From: Paramoeba atlantica
Taxonomy: Eukaryota; Protista; Discosea
NCBI GenBank assembly: GCA_977017575.1
Contig: CDRNVI010000015.1
Span: 434,001 to 498,000 of the forward strand
DNA length: 64,000 nucleotides
Direction: 5' to 3'
Below the pieces are notes generated by a model. That model worked only from the letters and a program-made list of their open reading frames with translations. It did not search any database and was not told the origin of the DNA. Position numbers and translations under genes: made by a program. The first letter of the stretch is position 1. Every line of letters begins with the position of its first letter. This document shows positions 19,809 through 29,767 of the stretch, in pieces.

Positions 19809-20205
19809 TTTTCTTTTTTAGTCTCCTCGTTAAACGCGGTGGTTGTTTTCAGCATATAAGTCACTCGTGCTGCGAGCTTCGCGTTGAAAACTACCTTCGC
19901 GTTTAGCGAAGCGACTAAAAAAGACAATCTGGTCGGGAAAGCCGAAGAAACCAGAAGGATTTAAGCTAAAAATAACTTAAAGTTTCGTGTTTTGCTCTTA
20001 GAGCACGAAGAGTTGCGGGAAATTACTTGTAGGCGTGAATAAAAGCCTATAGAACGTAACTGGTCCATACCGTTCTTCCGACGGAAACAGACCCCTTTGG
20101 GTCCGAAAATTGCTCTTTCGCATTTTTTAGCTAAAAATTGCACGCAAATATCGGATTTGGTGCTCTGAAAAATTACCTTATTTTTAGTCGAGTATTTTTG
20201 GTTCA
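19809..20205 (+). mobile_element. Hairpin-ended element, copy D (diverged 5' half)
   Basis: Long hairpin at 19809-19924; the body aligns in direct orientation with copy C 16240-16500. Confidence 0.75.
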
Positions 20206-20219
20206 AATTAAGGGTCAAC

Positions 20220-20770
20220 TGCAGTCAAAATGTACCCTAAAAAAATATTTTTTCAAAAATGCATATTTGCATCAGAGACGACTTCGTTTCTTGTTTTTAG
20301 GTTCTTACAAGGTGTAATTCGACATAAATAAGACAATTTGCCGATGGTTTCCACCTCGTTAACAAGTTAGATAGGCCTTCTGAAGAGAAAGGCCGAGCTC
20401 CGGAATTTTAGGGCGGTACTTCGAACCGCCTTCGAGCATTTCGAAACGTTGTTTACTTCTAGGTTTCTCTCCGCAGCTAGGTTATGGCGCATCGGCTCCG
20501 AAAGAGTGGTTCGTTAGACAGACGGCAAGGTTCTCCGACTCTATTTGCAAAATTGACATCACTATCGTCAAACATGCAAAAGTACTGCACCCTGAGATGT
20601 CGATAATAACAAACGTAAATGCATAAGACGTAAACAAAACCAAAAGTGCGTGTAAATGACTCAAAGCTATCAACAAAATCCTTTTTTGTTTAAATTTTCT
20701 TGTCAAAAAAAATTGGAAAAAAAATGAATTTTTTGCTAAAATTTGAAATTTAGGGTACAGTTTGACTGCA
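20220..20770. mobile_element. MITE-like element with TG...CA termini
   Basis: TIR TGCAGTCAAA(A/C)TGTACCCTAAA at both ends. Confidence 0.7.
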
Positions 20771-21141
20771 TATTACTCCAAATTAATTAGCAAAGGTGTA
20801 TACTACGATGATATGATTTTTTTCCTGAATCACCCTACTCAACCAGGTTTCCATTGCACTGATTTGCGTCCCGTTGATGGACTGCTCTTTAGTCTTAATA
20901 TCTATGGAATCCCAAATAACATAGGAAGATACTTCGTGTATTTACACACGTTGCAGCTACATGACCACAAAAGAAACAAGTTGACTATTTTGGCCCAAAC
21001 CCGATTCTCTTACCGGGGGGGTCTATGGTATTGCAAGTTGAATTTGCAATTATGCACTCCTTCAGTGTTTTTTTCATCAATCTGTAGCGTTTTTTTTGAA
21101 TTACATGTAAGATCATTGTTGTCTTTTTTGGCGTTTACGAA

Positions 21142-21654
21142 ATGAACACAGATGTATCTCCCCTATTTTCCCTTAAAGACGCTCATCGCGCGCTAAATGT
21201 TTATCGTGAAAAACAAGAGCGTTCTTTTATATGGCTTGAAACGCATTTAAAAAATATTCGCAATATTCTTGTAGGAATATATCTAATAAAGTGCAGTCTA
21301 GGAAAAACCAGTTCTAGAAGCTCGAGTCGACTCGGTATTACTAATAGTGGGTCTCCAGGAAAAGCACCATGCTTTGACGTGGAAAACATATTGTTTTCTC
21401 TTATGCAACCTCATATTACCAGTATGCTTCAGTCATCAAAGCCATCCTTTTTTGCAGCGGTAACCTATCTAAGCAATTTGCTTTGTTCGAATAGTGGATC
21501 TTTGAAGGATGAGCCCCACCTGACCGAAAACATGCTAACTCAGTCGTTCAAGGATACAGTTGTCACGGCACTACGTCACTCACTACGTGACCCTCTTTAC
21601 AAAACCTACTGGGGAGAGGTAAAATCTCTTCTTTATACTCTTCAATCACTCTGA
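21142..21654 (+). CDS. Hypothetical protein
   Basis: 170-aa ATG ORF on the coding strand; no recognised motif. Confidence 0.35.
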   Translation: MNTDVSPLFSLKDAHRALNVYREKQERSFIWLETHLKNIRNILVGIYLIKCSLGKTSSRSSSRLGITNSGSPGKAPCFDVENILFSLMQPHITSMLQSSKPSFFAAVTYLSNLLCSNSGSLKDEPHLTENMLTQSFKDTVVTALRHSLRDPLYKTYWGEVKSLLYTLQSL

Positions 21655-22091
21655 AAAGTTTGAGCTGTTCTCAATCGCACTCGAAATTCCATTAAAATAT
21701 ACAGAGGTGTCAACTTCCATCTGGGACTTGACACCCCTGCATATATTTTTCATTAAAATTATTTATATTTTTCTTGCAAAAAAGCATTTCGACAAAACAT
21801 AAACTTTTTTTATAAGTTTTTCATGTTTGATACTTCTTGCCCTAAAATTGTTTGCCGCAGCTTTGTATTTCAGAAACATCTAGGCTTCCTTATGGCCATC
21901 TAACATACCCCTCCTGGAATTTTGAAGAACATTTGAACAATCTCGTTTCCGTTTACTTTTGCTTAATAAATACACTGTATGCACTGCATAAACTACACTG
22001 TATTTGGGGATATGGTGGTAGTTACGTTCACAGCAATATCGTATCTTATAGTTCTATAGCTTTTAATTTCGTTCAATCTAACTTTCAAAAA

Positions 22092-22787
22092 ATGAAAGTT
22101 GTCCTACGCCGTCGGCTTACTGAGCTAGTTGAGGTTCCTGTGGAGCCTGTTCGCACGAATCCAGTAATGTATTTTGATGTAACTATTGACAAGGAAAACT
22201 GTGGTCGCATAGTAATGGAATTGTTTCGTGATGCAGTTCCTCAGACAGTAGAAAATTTTAGGTCCTTGTGCACTGGAGAGCGTGGTTTGCTCAAATACGT
22301 TTGGCGAATGGGAACTGGGACATGCCCTCTGCACTACAAGGGAATTCAATTCCACCGCATCATTCCTAATTTTGTTGTACAGGGGGGTGACATTTTACGT
22401 CAAAATGGTAGAGGAAATGAAAGCATCTTTGGCTACAAGTTTCCGAATGAATCTTTTGAGGGGAAAGCAGGAAAAAATCTTGCTGGAACTCTGGCTATGG
22501 CCCATAGTGGGCCGAATCAAAATGGGTCTCAATTCTTTTTCAACCTTAAAACGAATACTTACTTGAATGGAAGATACGTAGTGTTCGGTCAGGTTTTGAA
22601 GGGCATTGAAGTATTGCACGAATTAAATCAATTAGGAACATTATGTGGTGTACCGCGCCAAAGAGCCTGGATTTCTGAATGTGGTCAAGCAGGTCCTGTT
22701 GAGGTCCCATCCCAAGATTTTAATCGTCAGAATTGGCATTCGAGTCCTCCTCCACACTACACTTCAAACGTAGGGCCAAGACCATAA
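22092..22787 (+). CDS. Cyclophilin-type peptidyl-prolyl isomerase
   Basis: MYFDVTI, ELFRDAVPQTVENFRSLCTGE, FHRIIPNFVVQGGD, AMAHSGPNQNGSQFF, VVFGQV; ATG at 22092. Confidence 0.93.
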   Translation: MKVVLRRRLTELVEVPVEPVRTNPVMYFDVTIDKENCGRIVMELFRDAVPQTVENFRSLCTGERGLLKYVWRMGTGTCPLHYKGIQFHRIIPNFVVQGGDILRQNGRGNESIFGYKFPNESFEGKAGKNLAGTLAMAHSGPNQNGSQFFFNLKTNTYLNGRYVVFGQVLKGIEVLHELNQLGTLCGVPRQRAWISECGQAGPVEVPSQDFNRQNWHSSPPPHYTSNVGPRP

Positions 22788-22917
22788 GAACGATTTTCTG
22801 TGCATTGAATTTCATATGATCTCCATAATTTGTACGAATGCTTAACATACATCAATATATATCTATTAAGAAGCTTTGGTCTTGGGAAATGCTTGAAGTT
22901 TCAATCATACGTACAGG

Positions 22918-23800
22918 GGGTGGCACGAAAATATAGGGGGGTCAAAATTTTTATAACTTGTCCAATTATGGAAAGTAGCATCGCATTCGAGAGCTCTCGC
23001 AGAGTTACGTGTCACCTGATAATGCGTTTCCCGTATCCAGGGGGTAGTTCTCTATGCCAAAGGGGCTGAAAACAGCAATAGCAAGTTTGAAAAATATCTC
23101 ATTTAATATCCACAATGTCCTCCATTTTTTGGTAATGTAATCGTAATACGGCTTGGAATTGTCCTCAAAGTGTCTAAAAGTGTCTGTTCTCCTTTCAACA
23201 ATTCAATCCCAGATGCGATCGCCGATCACAACTCTGACCGATTTGCGGGGCATAATGAACTTTTGTAGGCATCAATTATCCCACAAATGTTTTCTTCATA
23301 CTTCCTTAATAAAAGCGGTGGGTGACTTTAAGCTATCCTCGAGGACTGTAACAATGCCGATCACGATGATGTACACCCTTGTTATTGGAATCATCCCGTT
23401 TCTGTGGGGTAACGAGGCGGAAAGGTAAAAAAATAGAAGGAAAATACCTAAAATATCGAAAATATCGATGAAACTGAAGAACCTTGCAAGTTCCAAACCT
23501 ATTATTCGAGGTGAACCTTTGTCGCTAGTTTCTATTACCTTCCTCCTGGAATCCCGTGAGTCTTCCACAGTGCGAATGGATTTCTTAGGTCTGACGTCGC
23601 TAGTTTGCGCTTGTTTTCTGTTTGAGAGTGCGGACACCGCCGTTGTGGAAGGGCCTTTCCTACCTGGAAGGGTTGCTTACGCCGGTGGAACTGAACCAAT
23701 ATTCGCATTTTTCTCAGTTCTGGTAAAAAACGTTTACCTGAACTTTTTTCCGCCCCTTTTTTATGATGAATTGTGTTTCTGTACATTAATTTTATATTAA
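22918..23800 (-). pseudogene. Third, heavily decayed Tc1-like transposase relic
   Basis: ENICGIIDAYKSSLCPANRSEL*SAI (~23190-23300) matches ENLWSIMDDYIHSSLCPKNRHELREAI of the first transposase; TA|CAGGGGG terminus at 22916. Confidence 0.55.
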
Positions 23801-24273
23801 CGGTGTGTTTTTTGAATTCGTTTGTACTTATTTATCAACCTTTTCACCTTTTAATGACGCGCACTGGATGCGTTAAGGTTCTCGTGTCGTTCAAGAAGTT
23901 TCATTGGAAAAAAGTCCTCCAGGAGTGAGAATCAATGTCTTAAATGGATGCGAAAGCACTCTCCAGTGGCGCAGAAAGTGATTTGGTACAAGCATCATCG
24001 AGAGAATAGAAGAACCGCAAATTATCTGTATCTGACTCTGTTCCGAATAGAACGTTCCAGAATCCTTTTCTCCAAACTTTGCTTCAGGAAGTCGCATAAA
24101 AATGCATTCTATCTGACACCCGTCACGATCCATCACGACTCACGGAAATTCATTCAAATTTCCGCGGGGGGGTATATCATCGTGTGTAATGCTTGCGGAA
24201 CAGTGTTTAACTACGATTTAGTCATTACATGATATTGATAGATATTAGACGCGTGTAATATTGCTTTTTTTAC

Positions 24274-26562
24274 ATGGGGTTTCCGGGGCTATGGTCATGG
24301 TTTGAACGCACTTTTAGTTGTTCAAGGTCGCTGCCTCGGCAGGTTGACGATCTTTATATTGAAGTGAACCACCTTTTGCACCGTGCCTTGGAGAGTTCCG
24401 AAACCGAAGATCTGTTCTACAGTATTGTACTGGAACGTATCGATCACATTGTAAACACGGTTATGCCAAGTCGTATGGTGTACCTTACTGTAGATGGAGT
24501 TGCCCCGTTTGCAAAGATGAAAACGCAACGCGCGAGGCGATTTCGGCGGGGACCAACCCCGCATCTTGATGCAAATTCTATCACCCCAGGAACGCGTTTG
24601 ATGGAGGGCTTACTAAAAACTCTGCGGTGGTACGCTGTTTCAAAATTAAATGGAACCCGGTTTGGTCAGACAGTTTGTATAGTAGTGGATGGTCCTGACG
24701 TACCTGGCGAGGGCGAAGCAAAGGTTTGTAGGGTTATTGAACATCAACCAGAGGTGCAAGGTCGACAAATTACATCTTTAATAGTATCTCCCGATGCCGA
24801 TTTAATTCTTTATGCACTTCTCTCAAAGCACAACGAGATTTACATTTGTAAGGATATTCAAAAAAATAACTGTCTCTCTACTGGCGTGCTCCGTGAACGT
24901 ATCGTATTACGCGCAACTCAGGGTATCGAGAAGAGCGACGCTTCATTTCATAGGGAGCGTATAGTTTGCGACATAGCAGTTTTGTTTTCCTTGGTTCAAA
25001 ATGATTTTCTTCCTACTCTTGACGGTATTGATTCCCGAAAATCACAAACTTTGACCGAATTATTCACCATGTACATAGAAGGCTTTATCGGGCATTGGGT
25101 CGACCCTCAGGAAAACATCCTACATATTGAGCGCATGTTGCCTTTCTTTCAGTATTGCGCCAGAAATGCGACTGCTGTACTGCCTTTAAAGCGACTTGCA
25201 GAAAGTGAAGACTCCGAGGACTTTATTTCTCTTGTTAATCCAGCACCGAAACTTTCCACAAAATTTCACATACGCTCTCATGCAACTGAGGCAACCGTAC
25301 TTGAGTATTTACGAGGGTGCACTTGGGTTGTTGGGCTTATCTTACATCGCACCCCGCCGAGTTGGACGTGGACATATTCTTATGAAAGCGCTCCTCCAGC
25401 AGCACAACTTGCGGATACTAGTTTACTTAAACGTTTGGCATTGACCGTGTCATATCAAGGATTTTCACCTTCAGAGCCTCCAAGTCCTTTTCTACAGCTC
25501 CTCCTGGTGCTTCCTCGACATTCTCTTGCTTGCTTACCTGATACGTATAGGAAGCTAGTATCTGATTCTCCTACTTGGATAGCTCAGTGCGAAAGACCAG
25601 AATGGGGAAACCCAAAACCACTTCAAGAACTTGCCTCAAGTATGCAACAGAATTTGTCACTGAATGAGCGAACATTTAGTCAGGAAGGAATTGCCGTGCT
25701 TTTTTCTTCTGATGAAAACAGTTTTTCTCAAGAAATAAGAGAAATTTCATCCTTAAGAGGGTCCAGTTCGAAAGATGACAGAAAATATAATGCTTCATCA
25801 AACTTTTCAACCGTCGAAGAATTTATAAAAATTAAATCTACGATGCATGTGCTCCGTGAAGAAATTTGTTGTTTTGAAGACGCGAAGAGAATGAAACCGA
25901 CTGAGCTTCCTGGTTTAGATGACCTATCGAAGGAGGACGTTTCTCTCCTTCGAAGCGGAGCAAGGAAAAACGTCCTACATGACCAAGCTAAAACTCCAAG
26001 GTCACGTCTATATTTTTCACGTGCAAATCCAAAAGCAATGGTAAACTATCGTATTGTATTAACCGATGTAGACCAGGTACCATCATTGGGGGAAACTTCG
26101 TTGAATAACACCAGACCTGAAGTGCAAAAGGTGAAGAATCAGACAGCTACTTTTCCCATCGTGCCAATCGATCAGGCTATGAGACACTGGGTGCTTTTCG
26201 AAGGTCCTCCCAGAGGGCTTATTTGCCCTTCATTTATTGAATACTTGCCTTGGCATGGACGAGCTAAGTGCGAAGACTTTGTTCTTCCTTCCTTTGTACA
26301 TCCTGTGATAGAGGTTTGTCGTGTCGTTCACGTGGGGCTGCAGATGCCAAAAGAGGCACCTATCCTGAACTCGAGCGTACCCCGTACTTCGAAAGATGAA
26401 ACCGAAACTTTGGACCGCAGCACACTCGGAAATCCACGTACCGCGCCATACCATTTAAAAGATTCTTTTTTGCTAGTGCCGCCTGAGGCAAGCGATGAAG
26501 TGAAACATCAAGCTACAGACTTGCTTCGTCGATTACAAGGTCGTAAGAAGGTCGAATCTTAA
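24274..26562 (+). CDS. XRN-family 5'-3' exoribonuclease
   Basis: MGFPGLWSW, VDGVAPFAKMKTQRARRF, DANSITPGT, VPGEGEAK, SPDADL, NDFLP, YLRGCTWV, PFLQLLLVLP. Confidence 0.92.
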   Translation: MGFPGLWSWFERTFSCSRSLPRQVDDLYIEVNHLLHRALESSETEDLFYSIVLERIDHIVNTVMPSRMVYLTVDGVAPFAKMKTQRARRFRRGPTPHLDANSITPGTRLMEGLLKTLRWYAVSKLNGTRFGQTVCIVVDGPDVPGEGEAKVCRVIEHQPEVQGRQITSLIVSPDADLILYALLSKHNEIYICKDIQKNNCLSTGVLRERIVLRATQGIEKSDASFHRERIVCDIAVLFSLVQNDFLPTLDGIDSRKSQTLTELFTMYIEGFIGHWVDPQENILHIERMLPFFQYCARNATAVLPLKRLAESEDSEDFISLVNPAPKLSTKFHIRSHATEATVLEYLRGCTWVVGLILHRTPPSWTWTYSYESAPPAAQLADTSLLKRLALTVSYQGFSPSEPPSPFLQLLLVLPRHSLACLPDTYRKLVSDSPTWIAQCERPEWGNPKPLQELASSMQQNLSLNERTFSQEGIAVLFSSDENSFSQEIREISSLRGSSSKDDRKYNASSNFSTVEEFIKIKSTMHVLREEICCFEDAKRMKPTELPGLDDLSKEDVSLLRSGARKNVLHDQAKTPRSRLYFSRANPKAMVNYRIVLTDVDQVPSLGETSLNNTRPEVQKVKNQTATFPIVPIDQAMRHWVLFEGPPRGLICPSFIEYLPWHGRAKCEDFVLPSFVHPVIEVCRVVHVGLQMPKEAPILNSSVPRTSKDETETLDRSTLGNPRTAPYHLKDSFLLVPPEASDEVKHQATDLLRRLQGRKKVES

Positions 26563-26917
26563 GGTTTGCTTTTGCTTAGGTGTTTTGCTGGGGTGGCATG
26601 GAAATCGAGCAGTCAAAATCGGGTTCCAAGACGACGACGCATCGTACTAAGAATCTCACTACCCGCCGGAAAGATACAATGTAGGTACAAATCATTTTAC
26701 AGGGCCAGTTTGGTTTGTACGAATATGGCTTCTCGCACAAATTTTTGAGACGTTCTATTATTTTCTTCTTATTATTATTCTTATTATTTCTTATTATTTC
26801 TTATTATTTTCTTCTCATGCATTAGCATTATTTTGTATATTTAACAAGTTCAAATTAGCAATCTCCATTATATTCTATATTATTTATATTTGTTTTTTTC
26901 TTACCAAAGTAGACCAG

Positions 26918-27391
26918 ATGATTCGTCGCATATCCTGCTCGGGAGTGTTTTCTTCTGTTCATTTCACTCGCTCTTTACACTGGCCGCTCTCACCACCCCC
27001 TATACAAGTGAAATATCTGGACGAAGATCCCTTGGAATTTGCTCTTCGGCAGGAAGCACGTCATTACGGTTTAGATGACTTTGATTTTAGTCGGGAGCTT
27101 GCATTCGTTCGCATCAATGACAACCCAACCGTTGGGGAGTTTCGTTATATGACCTCTGAAGGGAGAGCCAACATGTTTTACGGTAGCAATCGTCAAGATT
27201 TCTATCGCTATTTTACGTGGAAAGTATTAGGGGATCCCGAACATCTCTATCACTTTCGAACATATAACTCCGACCGCAACGGCCCTGTCTTTGTAAAGCC
27301 TTCGACAAAGAGACAGAATTTGTTCGCTCAGATCATCGATAAAGTCAAACAATGGGGTGGCATAAAGGCTAAAACGAATACCACTGCATAG
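26918..27391 (+). CDS. Hypothetical protein, probable mitochondrial presequence
   Basis: 157-aa ATG ORF with an Arg/Ser-rich N-terminus (MIRRIS). Confidence 0.7.
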   Translation: MIRRISCSGVFSSVHFTRSLHWPLSPPPIQVKYLDEDPLEFALRQEARHYGLDDFDFSRELAFVRINDNPTVGEFRYMTSEGRANMFYGSNRQDFYRYFTWKVLGDPEHLYHFRTYNSDRNGPVFVKPSTKRQNLFAQIIDKVKQWGGIKAKTNTTA

Positions 27392-27861
27392 CGCAAGAAA
27401 CGTATGAAACGAACAATTTTCGTACAACTTTATTTTTTTAGTTTTCTTAAATGTTTTTATAATCGCATTCAATGTCGCTTTGTCCCAAATCGGGACAAAG
27501 TTGGGACATGCATTCTATGTGAATAGGCGCAGTTTATACATTGCAGGTATTACAGTTTATACATTGTAGGTACATGCGTGTCGTCCCATTTTTAAATACT
27601 GAATTTTCTTTGATTATTACCGACAGTTTCCAATTTTGGTTACCTTTATTTAAGATGATCCCCTTCACGTTGTCTTCTCAAGTATTTTGTAATCATGTAC
27701 ACGTTTTTTAAGTGACATGGCTTCCATTTATTTTTGCTATCCAGATCTTATCCGGAAAGATTACGCGGCATTGCGCATGTCACATGTATTTTTTAGACGC
27801 GATTACAAAAACTTTATTTTATTTTCCTGTTAAGCTATTCCTCCTACTCTTTTAGACCCCC

Positions 27862-28683
27862 ATGCAGAATCACGGTATACCTCGACACGTAAAGCTTCAC
27901 TTCCAGCGCAAGTACGGCCAGCGAAATAAGGCACACGGAGCCTCCACTCCCTGGTGGAAAGGGCCGTGGTACATGCGGCCCATCCTGGATATCCATCGCT
28001 ACACCGAGACGCCCCGCGTGCTGTTGGATCGCGATCTCTTCCGCAACAAATGGCTCGCGAGTGTGAATCTCCCGGACAGCAGCCGGTGGGAGCGCGTGGT
28101 TAACGGCGAACGTGTCTCGGAGGACCGCTATTTTCTGGTCGAGGAGGACGGCGAGCGTTTCCCGGTGAACTGGAAAGTGTATGGAGAACGAGTACAGCGA
28201 GAACTTGAGGAGTCCATGGACGCGCTCCCGCAGTACACTCAGCTGCTTTGCGGGTGTCCTGTGAGTTGGCGAAAACTTGACATAGGGTGTGCGATTCCAA
28301 GGGGTATGTCCGTCCGCGAAGCTAAAGTTCAGCTAAAGCTCAAAGCAGGCAAAACGCATCAAATCATTCATCGCTGTTTAGAGCTTGCTGAGACAAATGC
28401 GATTAATCAAAAAGGTCTGGATCGTGATCGGTTACGTGTGGCACGCATTACGTGTTATCGGAGCAAACAAGATGTACAAATTGATATCCGTTCAAAGGGA
28501 TTTTTCGCTTGGAAGACTAAGAAGACGTCGAGTCTTCTCATCACGGTCGCAGAGGACCCGAATATGACGCTACCGGATCGTACCAAGCTTCCTTGGTGGG
28601 TGGAAGATCGACTGGCTCGCAACCAAATTTCCACACAAGCTGTTACTTTGGATGTCCCGGCTCTTACTTCAGAAGGTATTTAA
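27862..28683 (+). CDS. MRPL22: Mitochondrial ribosomal protein uL22m-like
   Basis: RGMSVREAKVQLKL, LELAETNAINQKGLDRDRLRVARI, IDIRSKG...KTSSLLITVAE fit the L22 pattern; long N-terminal extension. Confidence 0.8.
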   Translation: MQNHGIPRHVKLHFQRKYGQRNKAHGASTPWWKGPWYMRPILDIHRYTETPRVLLDRDLFRNKWLASVNLPDSSRWERVVNGERVSEDRYFLVEEDGERFPVNWKVYGERVQRELEESMDALPQYTQLLCGCPVSWRKLDIGCAIPRGMSVREAKVQLKLKAGKTHQIIHRCLELAETNAINQKGLDRDRLRVARITCYRSKQDVQIDIRSKGFFAWKTKKTSSLLITVAEDPNMTLPDRTKLPWWVEDRLARNQISTQAVTLDVPALTSEGI

Positions 28684-29038
28684 TAAACTATGAATGTTTT
28701 TCGATTGTAGTAGGCCTGTATATCTATCGCACTTGATATCTTCTTTCACTTTCTAATTCCGAAAACCTTCAAAAGAAATTTCGAGAAAGAGTATTTCGCA
28801 TGGAAGTTTTAATACCTTTTACATCTATTCGATGCTTACACACATTTGTGAACTTTATTTAGCTATCTAAGTCGACATATCATATCCATGGTTAGAATGC
28901 TAATAGAACGTGTCATAAGATAAAAGTTGGTTAATTCGTTCATATATATTTTTCGGCTTGCTCTTCTGCATGCATGCATGCATGCATTTACGTTTTTGAA
29001 ATGATCGTCTCCCTTCCTATTATATTAAAAATTCGTTA

Positions 29039-29350
29039 ATGATTGTCCGCAAGATAGCATTCTCACCGTATCGTCGATCTCTTACATCTACTCGTACACT
29101 ACAACATTCAGCTAAACGGTTCTTGTTAATTACAGAAGGTCTTCCGCAAGGCAAGGTTATACCCCGCAAGTTTGACCACCCGCGACCTAAGTATGATCCG
29201 CCTTCCTGGTTTCAATGTTTTCGAGTGCTCACCGCTTGGTTTCAACTAAATTATTTTCCAAGTTTTTTTCTCGGTCTTGTCTTTATTGCATCATGTAATG
29301 GGGCATTTTCAACTCCATTTCCACCCGATCCTCATGATTTGTATAAATAG
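29039..29350 (+). CDS. Small hypothetical membrane protein, probably mitochondrial
   Basis: 103 aa, basic presequence-like start, one hydrophobic segment. Confidence 0.6.
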   Translation: MIVRKIAFSPYRRSLTSTRTLQHSAKRFLLITEGLPQGKVIPRKFDHPRPKYDPPSWFQCFRVLTAWFQLNYFPSFFLGLVFIASCNGAFSTPFPPDPHDLYK

Positions 29351-29767
29351 TGCTAAATTTATGTTCAAATGTGCAGTTTTGTTTCCCGTTCCGGCAGTTG
29401 AGGAGATGTGTGCGTATGTTTGTGAATATGTACGAAAGTGTAGTGGTATTTTTAAACTCTTATTATGATTTTCTCCATACGATTGTTATTTTTAATTGCA
29501 CTTTTGGAAATTGGTCTGATGGAATCAACAAAATATTTTTTTGTATCACAAAGTACATTTTGCTTTTGAGCACCCCAAATTTTATTGGAGATAAGGAAAG
29601 CTGCGTTTGGTGCCACTATACCCTGCTATGAATAGTATGGCATCTTTTTCTCACAACTTTTATTTGAGTCCCTGAACTAGTTCTGTTATTTCCTGTTGAA
29701 AGCAATTTAAGTCCTTTACATCGATTTTGGTGTCTTTTAAACCTTAATACAGAAATTTTTGTCCAAG

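Noticed and set aside
20403-20432. tRNA-like T-arm (GGCGGTACTTCGAACCGCC)
   Set aside because: No acceptor, D or anticodon arms are recognisable; I found no tRNA or rRNA gene in the window.
26760-26812. (TTATTATTTC)n run, and (ATGC)n at ~28968-28987
   Set aside because: These are simple low-complexity intergenic repeats.
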